64,000 nucleotides of DNA from Candidatus Bathyarchaeia archaeon (lineage in GTDB: Archaea > Thermoproteota > Bathyarchaeia > Bathyarchaeales > Bathycorpusculaceae), in NCBI GenBank assembly GCA_037481775.1, contig JBBFKZ010000002.1:32001-96000 (forward strand). Direction: 5' to 3'. Made by a program: the position numbers and the translations under genes. The notes beneath the pieces were generated by a model. That model saw nothing but the letters and a program-made list of their open reading frames with translations. It was not told where the DNA came from and did not search any database. Shown piece after piece: positions 50,786-59,116 of the stretch. Numbering within the stretch: the stretch's first letter is position 1; each line of letters opens with the position of its first letter.

Positions 50786-51400
50786 ATGAACTTCCTAGAA
50801 ATAATGTTGGCTGAAAAGCTGAAAGACGCAAACCCTGCGCTGGACATAACTGGCTCCGACCGCAAAGTTCTACAGGTAGCAACACAAGACTTCACAAACT
50901 ATCTTAAATTTCACTGGCAACTAATCGGGCGAGAAGCAGGCCAATGCGAGCTTGTTGAAAAAATTGAAAGACTATACAAGGAAACGCCGGCTGAATTGGA
51001 AGAATTCTTGACCGTATGGAGTAGTATTTGGCTTAAAAAATGGAAAGAACGCGTCAAGCTTCTCATCGGCGAGCAAAACGCAAACAAATGGAGTCAAGCC
51101 TCAAAAAGCATCGCCAAAGCTGAACCCTTCTGGAACCAGATTGAAAACAAACAAGAACTTCAAGAAGTGGTAGCTGCGACGTTAATAAAGAACGGCGAAA
51201 TCTGCGGCACCGAAATACTTTCCGAGAACCTCCTGAAAATGGAACTTGGCGAAAAACGTATTCAAAACCTCAAGGACAACGAGCGAATTCTCACAATCGT
51301 AAACAACGCCATAAGAAAAGCACGAGGAATGGCTCAAAGCAAAGGACCGCTAATTTTCGTCAAAATTGACAAAGGCTACTACGGCTCCACAAACCAGTAA
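50786..51400 (+). CDS. Hypothetical helical protein
   Basis: 204-aa ORF with SD ggag and an upstream TATA-like element; no family recognised. Confidence 0.65.
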   Translation: MNFLEIMLAEKLKDANPALDITGSDRKVLQVATQDFTNYLKFHWQLIGREAGQCELVEKIERLYKETPAELEEFLTVWSSIWLKKWKERVKLLIGEQNANKWSQASKSIAKAEPFWNQIENKQELQEVVAATLIKNGEICGTEILSENLLKMELGEKRIQNLKDNERILTIVNNAIRKARGMAQSKGPLIFVKIDKGYYGSTNQ

Positions 51401-51487
51401 CTCAACAGCAATGCCGCTTTTTATTTAGCTACTTCGCTACGACCTAAAGAATTTTAAATTAAGCTGACGAACCCGACGAAAGACGCT

Positions 51488-51676
51488 TTAGACTACTCTT
51501 TGGCGCTGAAGCGTCTTCGTCTGCCATGCGTATTCTCTTATAGCAGCTGTTTCCCCATAGCCACAGGCTGCACACCGCTTCTTGCGTACATGATAAGCGC
51601 GTCTGCCGCAGCGTCTACAGCGTATGTGCACAACCTTGCCTGTGCGCTTCCCCATTGATGGCGTGCCTTTACCCAC
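51488..51676 (-). CDS. rpl37e: 50S ribosomal protein L37e
   Basis: KGTPSMGKR, HIRCRRCGR, CAACGYG. Confidence 0.96.
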   Translation of the reverse strand: MGKGTPSMGKRTGKVVHIRCRRCGRRAYHVRKKRCAACGYGETAAIREYAWQTKTLQRQRVV

Positions 51677-51682
51677 GATATG

Positions 51683-51910
51683 TCACCTAGGTGGCGGAGA
51701 GATTAGGACAACGTTATCGCCGCGGACAATTATGAGTCCGAGTTTTCGCGTGTTTTCAACGTTTGTGGTGTCATCGGTTTCTTCTAAAACGAGATTTAGG
51801 TGCTGATCGAACCCTTTTAGTCTCCCACGCAGGCTTTTTCCGCCCTTTAAGCGTACAAGTACAATTTTACCCAAGTTCTGCTCAAGGATCTCAGTTGTCA
51901 TTTCGCTCAT
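51683..51910 (-). CDS. Sm-like (Lsm/SmAP1) RNA-binding protein
   Basis: G.L.GFDQHLNLVL, IVRGDNV; conserved linkage to rpl37e. Confidence 0.95.
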   Translation of the reverse strand: MSEMTTEILEQNLGKIVLVRLKGGKSLRGRLKGFDQHLNLVLEETDDTTNVENTRKLGLIIVRGDNVVLISPPPR

Positions 51911-52106
51911 TTTTGCATCTCCATGCGTTTACGCATCTACTACTTGAACTTTTAACATTTAAACCTATCTAAGCACGCAACGAAATTGCTGGAAGCAAGA
52001 ATGCTAAAGCCCCAGAATGAAATGAGCATTAGGCTCTACAGGTGGGTTGTTACGAAACTGCTGATTCGGAGACTAACTATTTAAGGTCGAAGAAACTCTA
52101 TTTCAT

Positions 52107-53639
52107 ATGAGGGCCTCTTTGGAATCAAAAAATCACACCCTTATAGCTTATAATGTTCTTGAGAAAAAAATTATAAACAATGGTTTTTGCACGTTATGCG
52201 GCGCCTGCGAAGCAGCATGCCCAACTAGCGCTTTGCATATAATGAATGAAAAAGTTAATCGCTTGTATGACTGCTCAAAGGACATAGACTTGTGTCCAAT
52301 ATGCTACGAAATCTGCCCTCACTCCGAAGCCCTCTTGCTTAGAAGCTTGAAATTCGTCTCAGACGCGCCAATCAAAAACGAAGCTTTGGGCTATTACAGA
52401 AAAATTGTGCTTGCTCAAGCGGTTGATCCGAAATTGCGTCAACAAAGCCATGGTGGCGCTGTTGTCACCGCGCTACTAAACTACGGTATTGAAACTAAAA
52501 TCTTCGACAGCGCTATAGTCTCGCAGAGTGAACCTGAAACTCCATCCAAACCGAAGCCGTCAGTGGCTTTAGTGCCGGATGACATACTTTCAGCTGTGGG
52601 CAGCAAGTTTTTCCCTTCCTCCGTTGCCAAGGCATACGGAAGCGCAGTGTACAGCCATGGGAAAACAGCCATAGCGTTCGTTGGAGTTCCCTGTCATGTG
52701 CTGGCGCTTCGAAAAATGGAGGCGTGGCAACATAAAATTATCGACAATTTAAAAATTACGATTGGCCTTTTCTGCTTCGGAACCTTTTCATTTAGCTCCA
52801 TGCTGGACTATATCGAGAAAACTTACGGAATCCACGCTTCAGACATAAAGCAGATGCGATTATCTTCAAAATTTGTCATCCAAACTGAAAAAGGTGAAAT
52901 AAGAATTCCCCTATCTGAAATTGAGAACCAAATTCTGCCCAGCTGTCGCACCTGCATGGATTTCACCTCTGAACTTGCAGATATATCCGTTGGCGGCGCC
53001 TATCCTCTGAAGGATTGGTCCACCGTCATAATCAGAACTAAAGCAGGTGAAGACTTCTTTTATAATGCTGTTGAAAACGGAATCATCAGCACATGGATTA
53101 TAGAGCAAGAGCCCAAAGTTTTTGAGCGCATAATGATGGCGGCAATGCAAAAGCGGGCAGAGGCCCTCAAAAAGGCTATGGAAATGGAAGAGGTTTACGG
53201 TTATCTTCCCACATTGCTGCTGAGAGAAACATCTGATTTAGCCCAGTTCAAGGTTGAAGAAATAATGAGCAAAAACATCCAGATCCTGCCAGAGTCTATG
53301 TCGGTCAACCAATTCTTGGATTACGTGGCTAAACATCACCACATCGGCTATCCAGTGACAAATACTACGGGTGAACTCATAGGCTGGGTTACCATCGAAG
53401 AAGCAGCGAACGTCGCGAAAAAGAAGCGGGCTGAAACCTCTCTTGGTCAAATAGCACGGAAGACGGTAGTTGCTGCTTACCCTGATGAAACCGCATTAGA
53501 CGTCTTCAAAAGAATGAGCGAGCATGAAACAGGCCGCGTTGTTGTGCTTGACCGGGCAGACTCGAGAAAGTTGCTTGGAATAGTAACTAAAGCAGACTTA
53601 ATGCACGCTTTGGCAAAGCATGCTGAAAAAGGCGCATAG
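52107..53639 (+). CDS. FrhB/FpoF-like F420-binding subunit with N-terminal ferredoxin and C-terminal CBS pair
   Basis: CTLCGACEAACP, VGVPC, IGLFC, CRTC.DF..ELADISVG; VEEIM...YPV...G.VT...GIVTKADL. Confidence 0.88.
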   Translation: MRASLESKNHTLIAYNVLEKKIINNGFCTLCGACEAACPTSALHIMNEKVNRLYDCSKDIDLCPICYEICPHSEALLLRSLKFVSDAPIKNEALGYYRKIVLAQAVDPKLRQQSHGGAVVTALLNYGIETKIFDSAIVSQSEPETPSKPKPSVALVPDDILSAVGSKFFPSSVAKAYGSAVYSHGKTAIAFVGVPCHVLALRKMEAWQHKIIDNLKITIGLFCFGTFSFSSMLDYIEKTYGIHASDIKQMRLSSKFVIQTEKGEIRIPLSEIENQILPSCRTCMDFTSELADISVGGAYPLKDWSTVIIRTKAGEDFFYNAVENGIISTWIIEQEPKVFERIMMAAMQKRAEALKKAMEMEEVYGYLPTLLLRETSDLAQFKVEEIMSKNIQILPESMSVNQFLDYVAKHHHIGYPVTNTTGELIGWVTIEEAANVAKKKRAETSLGQIARKTVVAAYPDETALDVFKRMSEHETGRVVVLDRADSRKLLGIVTKADLMHALAKHAEKGA

Positions 53640-53760
53640 CAAAAACAATGGTGCATTATTTAGAAACAAATGTTATTGTACTTCCGCAGGCAGTGTAGCG
53701 TGAAACAATAAAATTATTAAGTTAATCAGCTCGATATATTTACTGAGTCAGCAGGTTGTT

Positions 53761-54234
53761 TTGCACATGGCTGAGTGCAGTGTTGAAACGAAGAAAGAGG
53801 GCTTCAGTGCACTAACTGCCCTCATATTGACCCTAGTTGTGGCTTTAGCCGTCATAGCTGCTGTTTTAACTCCAATAAGCGAAGAGTTTCTGCCCGGTAT
53901 AGAAGCCATAGTTGACACGTTACTCAACATAACAACCAACATGATCTACTTGATCGGCGGCGGCGTCATTATTTTCGGCGCGGTGCTTGTGACAATACGG
54001 TTTGTACAGTGCAAGCTAAAGGATCCTTACAAGCCAACTTGCGTAACTCGTTTCCTTTCAGGCTACTTGACACTTAGCTTAGAATTCTTTATTGGCGCTG
54101 AAATTATAAGGACAGTCGTTGCAAGAACATACGAAGAATTCTCGCTGCTTATTCTCGTCATCTTCAGCAGAGGTCTCTTCAGTCTAATCCTGTACTTAGA
54201 ACGCAGATGGCATGGAACTGTAGAAACGGAATAA
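53761..54234 (+). CDS. DUF1622 membrane protein
   Basis: L.LSLEFFIGAEIIRT motif. Confidence 0.7.
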   Translation: MHMAECSVETKKEGFSALTALILTLVVALAVIAAVLTPISEEFLPGIEAIVDTLLNITTNMIYLIGGGVIIFGAVLVTIRFVQCKLKDPYKPTCVTRFLSGYLTLSLEFFIGAEIIRTVVARTYEEFSLLILVIFSRGLFSLILYLERRWHGTVETE

Positions 54235-54605
54235 ATCTCCTTTCTCAATGTTCACCTATTTTACAACAATTTTACCTTTCCAACCTTCGGTTATGCTGAA
54301 TTTGTTGTTAAACTTTAAATCCTTGTGCTTTCATTCTAAAAGACTAGCGCGGAGGCCTATGGCTACAGTAAATGTGGACAAAGTTTGTTGCGTTAATGGT
54401 TATGATGCGCTTTTTCTTTTAGGCAAATTTCTGACAATCTCAGGATATTATGGACATATGCTTCAATTATTAAGCTTTATATATGCGAATGATAATGAAA
54501 ACTTATTTATACACAACATATGTCCAATTAAAACAAGCCTGGCGAGTAAGATGCTTGAGGCAAAAATCATAACTGAATACGCAACCGTTGAAGGAGACAG
54601 ATTAC

Positions 54606-54935
54606 ATGCTTGTTGAATCTTTCATCGCGTTCCTCCTCATTTTGGCAGTCAGCTCGCTTATCTATCTTCTCGGTCGCCGCGCCTCACCTAAATCCAAAAA
54701 AACCGAGAACGAGCAATCAGAATATGCATGCGGAGAAAAAGCACCTATCCAGAAACTCAGAATAAACGTAACGCTGTACAAGTTTCTCATATACTTCGCA
54801 ATTTTCGACTCCTCCATTTTACTTCTATCTTTCGCCGCACTTCTACATCAGGAACTGAATGCGCCGCTCTTGATCCTTTATCTATTCATAGCGTTTGCGG
54901 CTAGTCTAATTCTTCTAGAAGGAGCCAAAGACTAA
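54606..54935 (+). CDS. NuoA/FpoA-like subunit
   Basis: YACGE loop, FAIFD, 3 TM. Confidence 0.85.
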   Translation: MLVESFIAFLLILAVSSLIYLLGRRASPKSKKTENEQSEYACGEKAPIQKLRINVTLYKFLIYFAIFDSSILLLSFAALLHQELNAPLLILYLFIAFAASLILLEGAKD

Positions 54936-55378
54936 TGAGTAAACTAGCAACGTGGGCACGGCTGAAATCTCCTTGGGTTCTACACTTCAACTCAGGCGCA
55001 TGCAACGGCTGCGACATCGAAGTTGTTGCCCTTTTAACGCCACGGTATGATGTTGAGCGTTTCGGCATCAAACTCGAGCCATCACCACGGCACGCTGATG
55101 TTTTATTGACTACTGGCGCCGTTACCACCCAGTGCGCAGAAAGGCTAAAGCGAATTTACGAGCAGATGCCTGAACCGAAATTCGTGGTGGCCATCGGCGC
55201 TTGTGCATGCTCAGGCGGCGTTTTTAAGGGAAATTATTCTGTAATCGGTGGCGTTGACAAGGTTATTCCTGTAAACGCTTATATCCCTGGTTGCCCGCCG
55301 AAACCAGAAGCAATAATCGACGGGGTAGTAAAGCTACTCAACTCGTTAAAAGAGGCGAAGCCAAACGACAAAAAATAA
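54935..55378 (+). CDS. Group 4 [NiFe] hydrogenase small subunit (NuoB-like)
   Basis: CNGCDIE, GACACSGG, PGCPPKP. Confidence 0.92.
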   Translation: MSKLATWARLKSPWVLHFNSGACNGCDIEVVALLTPRYDVERFGIKLEPSPRHADVLLTTGAVTTQCAERLKRIYEQMPEPKFVVAIGACACSGGVFKGNYSVIGGVDKVIPVNAYIPGCPPKPEAIIDGVVKLLNSLKEAKPNDKK

Positions 55379-56951
55379 GCAAGATCCCATCGCAGTTATC
55401 AAAGGCAGAATAGGCGACCGCCTTCAAATCCAGCAAGGATACTTAGGCAAAGCGTTAATCCAAGTTAAAGCCGATTCCATCCGAGAGATTATTGGCGCCC
55501 TGCTGGATACTGAGGATGGCATCTGCATTTCTGCTCTTACTGGCGTAGATGCAGGCGAGAAAATAGGTTTAATGTATCATCTTCGCATTAACGATGGCAT
55601 TGTTACTATCCGAACTGAAGTTTCCAAGGCGCAGCCGAAACTTTGCACAATAACTGATCTTATTCCAGGAGCAAGTTTCCATGAAAGAGAAGTAGCTGAT
55701 CTCTTCGGCGTAACCTTTGAGGGTCATCCGAACCCTGCTAGGCTTGTTCTTCCTGAAGACTGGCCTGAGGGGCTTTATCCGCTTAGAAAGGACGTTAAAA
55801 TTGATGAGTATTTAGCGAAAAAACAGCCTCTTCAGAATCAGCCTGACTTTGCAAATGCCCAAGATGGCGGCGAACTTGTTAACATAATCGTTGGTCCTCA
55901 GCATCCAGCGTTGCTGGAGCCGGAAAAGTTTTCTCTGCGGGTAGACGGGGAAATCGTTAAGCAAGTGGAGCCGCGCATTGGCTATGTCCATAGGGGCGTG
56001 GAAAAAGCCTCTGAGCAGCGAACTTATCTGCAAGATGTTTACTTGGTGGAAAGAATTTGCGGTATATGCAACTCTTGTCATGCTGCCTGCTTTGTTGAGG
56101 CAGTAGAAAAGATACTTCGTATTGAGGTGCCCCTTAGAGCAAAGTATCTGCGAACAATAATTTTGGAGCTTAACAGGCTTCACAGTCACCTGCTTGTGCT
56201 GGGTCACGCGGGGCTCGAAATTGGGTATGAAACGCTTTTCCAGTATATGTGGCGAGATCGCGAACCAATTATGGATTTAACGGAGCTGCTCACTGGCAAC
56301 CGTGTTATCTCTTCAGCGATGACCATAGGTGGTGTACGCCGAGACTTAAAGGAAACTGACATCCCACGGATCAAAGCAGAGATGGCTGCGTTAAAGAAGA
56401 GAATGGATTTTTACAAGCAAATTTTTGAAAATGAGCCGTCGCTGAAGATGCGCACCCAAAAAGTCGGTGTCCTCTCCAGAGAGGATGCATTGAAACTTTG
56501 TGTTGTGGGGCCTGTAGCCAGGGCTTCAGGAGTTGCCACAGATGTGCGGAAAGATGAGCCTTACGAGGCTTACGGAGAAATACCTTTTAATTTAATCACC
56601 CGCACAGAAGGAGATTCATGGGCGCGTCTTATGGTTCGCTTAGACGAAATAACCGAGAGCGTTAACATAATCGAGTACGCGCTGGAGCATTTGCCTTCCG
56701 GCCCCTTCCGTATTAAAGTGCCGAGAGTTGTGCCTGCAGGCGAAGCAGTCAACCGCGTTGAAGCACCCAGAGGTGAACTGTTCTATTATGTCAAAAGTAA
56801 CGGTTCCGCCTATCCGGAAAGAGTTAAAGTGCGAACTCCAACTTTCGCTAATATCCCATCCTTCATCAAGATTGCGGAAGGTGGCAACATAGCCGATGTA
56901 CCTGCGAGCTTCGTGAGTTTAGACCCATGCTTCTCATGCACTGACAGGTAG
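55365..56951 (+). CDS. NuoC-fused group 4 [NiFe] hydrogenase large subunit
   Basis: EREVADLFG..F.GHP, GPQHP, L1 RICGIC, L2 DPCFSCTDR; frame open from ACG 55365, first ATG at 55572. Confidence 0.9.
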   Translation, partial: TTKNKQDPIAVIKGRIGDRLQIQQGYLGKALIQVKADSIREIIGALLDTEDGICISALTGVDAGEKIGLMYHLRINDGIVTIRTEVSKAQPKLCTITDLIPGASFHEREVADLFGVTFEGHPNPARLVLPEDWPEGLYPLRKDVKIDEYLAKKQPLQNQPDFANAQDGGELVNIIVGPQHPALLEPEKFSLRVDGEIVKQVEPRIGYVHRGVEKASEQRTYLQDVYLVERICGICNSCHAACFVEAVEKILRIEVPLRAKYLRTIILELNRLHSHLLVLGHAGLEIGYETLFQYMWRDREPIMDLTELLTGNRVISSAMTIGGVRRDLKETDIPRIKAEMAALKKRMDFYKQIFENEPSLKMRTQKVGVLSREDALKLCVVGPVARASGVATDVRKDEPYEAYGEIPFNLITRTEGDSWARLMVRLDEITESVNIIEYALEHLPSGPFRIKVPRVVPAGEAVNRVEAPRGELFYYVKSNGSAYPERVKVRTPTFANIPSFIKIAEGGNIADVPASFVSLDPCFSCTDR

Positions 56952-56959
56952 GATGAAGA

Positions 56960-57952
56960 ATGCTTTTGGACTGGTGGTTTGTTTTCCGCGTGCTTGTTTT
57001 CCCCGGCTTCACGTTCATAATGCTGTTTACTCTTTTCTGCGATTGGGTGGAAAGAAAAATCGAGGCCAGAATGCAGAACCGAGTTGGCCCAGCATTTACG
57101 GGACCAGCGGGTATCCTCCAGCCCCTAGCTGACGTTATCAAACTGCTCACAAAAGAGGACATAGTTCCCACTGGCGCGAAAAAAACTGTTTTCCGGCTTG
57201 CGCCTATTCTCTCGTTTTCCATCGTAGTTTTTGCGTTGTCTTTTCTACCCGTTGACGGCGCTGCTGCAATACCCAATTCAAGTTTCGCTGGAGACTTGAT
57301 CTTTGTGATGGCGTTAATTACAGTCGCCAACTTTTTCCTGTTCCTCTCAGGCTGGGCGTCCAAAAATCCTTACGGAGACATAGGAGCAACACGCGTTCTA
57401 ACCCAGTTTATCGGTTATGATATTCCTCTGCTTCTTCTTGCGTTGGCGCCCGCGTTTCTTGCAGGCAGCCTAAGCATCGCCACAATAGCGGCAAATCAGA
57501 GCTTGCCATTCGCGCTTTTGGCGCCCTGGGCTTTCGTGCTATTTATAATAACTCTTCAAGCAGAGCTAGAGAAAGACCCGTTCGATATTCCCCATGCGGA
57601 GAGTGAAGTGGTAGGTGGATTAGAAACAGAATTCTGCGGTGGCAAACTGGCTTTTCTACATCTTACTCGTGATGTGCAAATTGTTTTTGGAGCAGCGCTT
57701 GTGGTCGAACTGTTTCTAGGCGGATCTTACGGTCCGGTCTTTTTCGGCCCAGCTGAGTTGTGGTATACTTTATGGTTCATTCTAAAACTATTGGCGGTTG
57801 TAGTCATCACGGAATATATTACATGCCTCTTCGCAAGGCTGCGCATTGATCAAGTGTTAACAGCTAACTGGCGAGTGCTGGTGCCCTTGTCGGTGCTTTC
57901 GCTTATCCTAACCATCGCTTTAGCTACTTGGGTTTATCCACTGGTGATGTGA
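56960..57952 (+). CDS. NuoH-like membrane subunit
   Basis: ERK..ARMQ.RVGP, LQPLAD..KL..KE, PFD...AESE. Confidence 0.92.
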   Translation: MLLDWWFVFRVLVFPGFTFIMLFTLFCDWVERKIEARMQNRVGPAFTGPAGILQPLADVIKLLTKEDIVPTGAKKTVFRLAPILSFSIVVFALSFLPVDGAAAIPNSSFAGDLIFVMALITVANFFLFLSGWASKNPYGDIGATRVLTQFIGYDIPLLLLALAPAFLAGSLSIATIAANQSLPFALLAPWAFVLFIITLQAELEKDPFDIPHAESEVVGGLETEFCGGKLAFLHLTRDVQIVFGAALVVELFLGGSYGPVFFGPAELWYTLWFILKLLAVVVITEYITCLFARLRIDQVLTANWRVLVPLSVLSLILTIALATWVYPLVM

Positions 57953-57955
57953 GCT

Positions 57956-58345
57956 ATGGTGAAGAAATCAGCTGTAACACCTATGATGAAGGAACTGTGG
58001 GCGCATCTCTTTAAGAACCCTGCCACCAGCAAGTATCCGCTTGTAAAAGCTGAAGTTCCAGACGGGTTCAGAGGTAGGCAAGTGTACGACATTAATCTCT
58101 GCATTAGCTGCGGATTATGCGCCAGAGACTGCCCAGCCAATGCCATTGAAATGGTTGAAGTTGACGGAAAAAGGCGGCCTCTATTCCATCTTGACCTTTG
58201 CATATTCTGCTATCAGTGCGCTGACAGTTGCCCAAGAAACGCGATAAAAAGCTCAACATTTTTCGAGTTAGCCACAACCAATAAGTCTGATTTAGTAGTA
58301 AAACCTGAAGCGACCAGTCAAAAGAGCGAAGGTGAAAAGCTATGA
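57956..58345 (+). CDS. NuoI-like 2x[4Fe-4S] subunit
   Basis: CISCGLCARDCP, CIFCYQCADSCP. Confidence 0.92.
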   Translation: MVKKSAVTPMMKELWAHLFKNPATSKYPLVKAEVPDGFRGRQVYDINLCISCGLCARDCPANAIEMVEVDGKRRPLFHLDLCIFCYQCADSCPRNAIKSSTFFELATTNKSDLVVKPEATSQKSEGEKL

Positions 58346-58800
58346 TTCTGGAGTTTCTCGCGGTTGGAATTGTAATATCTGCTTGCTTGGCGATTTTTCT
58401 CGATGAAGCAGTTTACTCTGTTGTCGCCTTGACAGGAACGTTTATGTTAACAGCACTGCTTTATGCCTTAAGCGGCGCGCTCTTCGCGGCAGTTTTTCAA
58501 TTTGCAATGGGCGTTGGCACATTAGCGATTCTCTTCTTATCCGGCGAGATGCTGAGCAAAAAGCCTCCGAAAATTCCGAAAGAACGCATACTCTCACTGA
58601 TCGCGGTGGGTGTGCTCTTATCGTTGCCGATTCTTTTCCTCTCAATATCAAGTCAGAAAAGCGCCATAGAGATATCCTTTGAAGATGCGCTATGGCATTT
58701 GAGAGCTGGAGATGTTATTCTGCAAGGCTTAGTTGTGCTGATTGTGTCTGTAGGAATAACCATTTTTCTGTATGAAAGGAAAGAAAAAGGTGAGAAATGA
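58342..58800 (+). CDS. NuoJ-like subunit
   Basis: 5 TM; operon position. Confidence 0.75.
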   Translation: MILEFLAVGIVISACLAIFLDEAVYSVVALTGTFMLTALLYALSGALFAAVFQFAMGVGTLAILFLSGEMLSKKPPKIPKERILSLIAVGVLLSLPILFLSISSQKSAIEISFEDALWHLRAGDVILQGLVVLIVSVGITIFLYERKEKGEK

Positions 58801-59109
58801 ATGGACTTCGTTGTCTTATCCCTAATAATGCTTGCAATCGGCATTTACGGCTTACTTACTAAACGTGACCTGCTAAAAGTGTTCGTTTCAGTAGAGCTAA
58901 TTGCCACGGCGGCAACACTCAATTTTGTGATGCTAACGCCCTCAAGTAACGGCTTGGGTCAAGCATTTCTGGTTTTAGCTTTCGCCACCGACACAGCCGT
59001 TGGCGCCTTAGTTTTAGCATTACTGCTGATTGCACACAAGAAATACGGCACAAGCGATGTTGCCGAAATAATAAAAAATAGAACAAGAAAGAAAAGAAGG
59101 AGAGAGTGA
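58801..59109 (+). CDS. NuoK-like subunit
   Basis: GIYGLL.KR.L, VEL, 3 TM. Confidence 0.85.
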   Translation: MDFVVLSLIMLAIGIYGLLTKRDLLKVFVSVELIATAATLNFVMLTPSSNGLGQAFLVLAFATDTAVGALVLALLLIAHKKYGTSDVAEIIKNRTRKKRRRE

Positions 59110-59116
59110 AGCGTAA

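Noticed and set aside
54248-54616. 122-aa ORF upstream of the NuoA-like gene
   Set aside because: AT-rich, no motifs, and contains TATA-like sequence; probably the operon's promoter region
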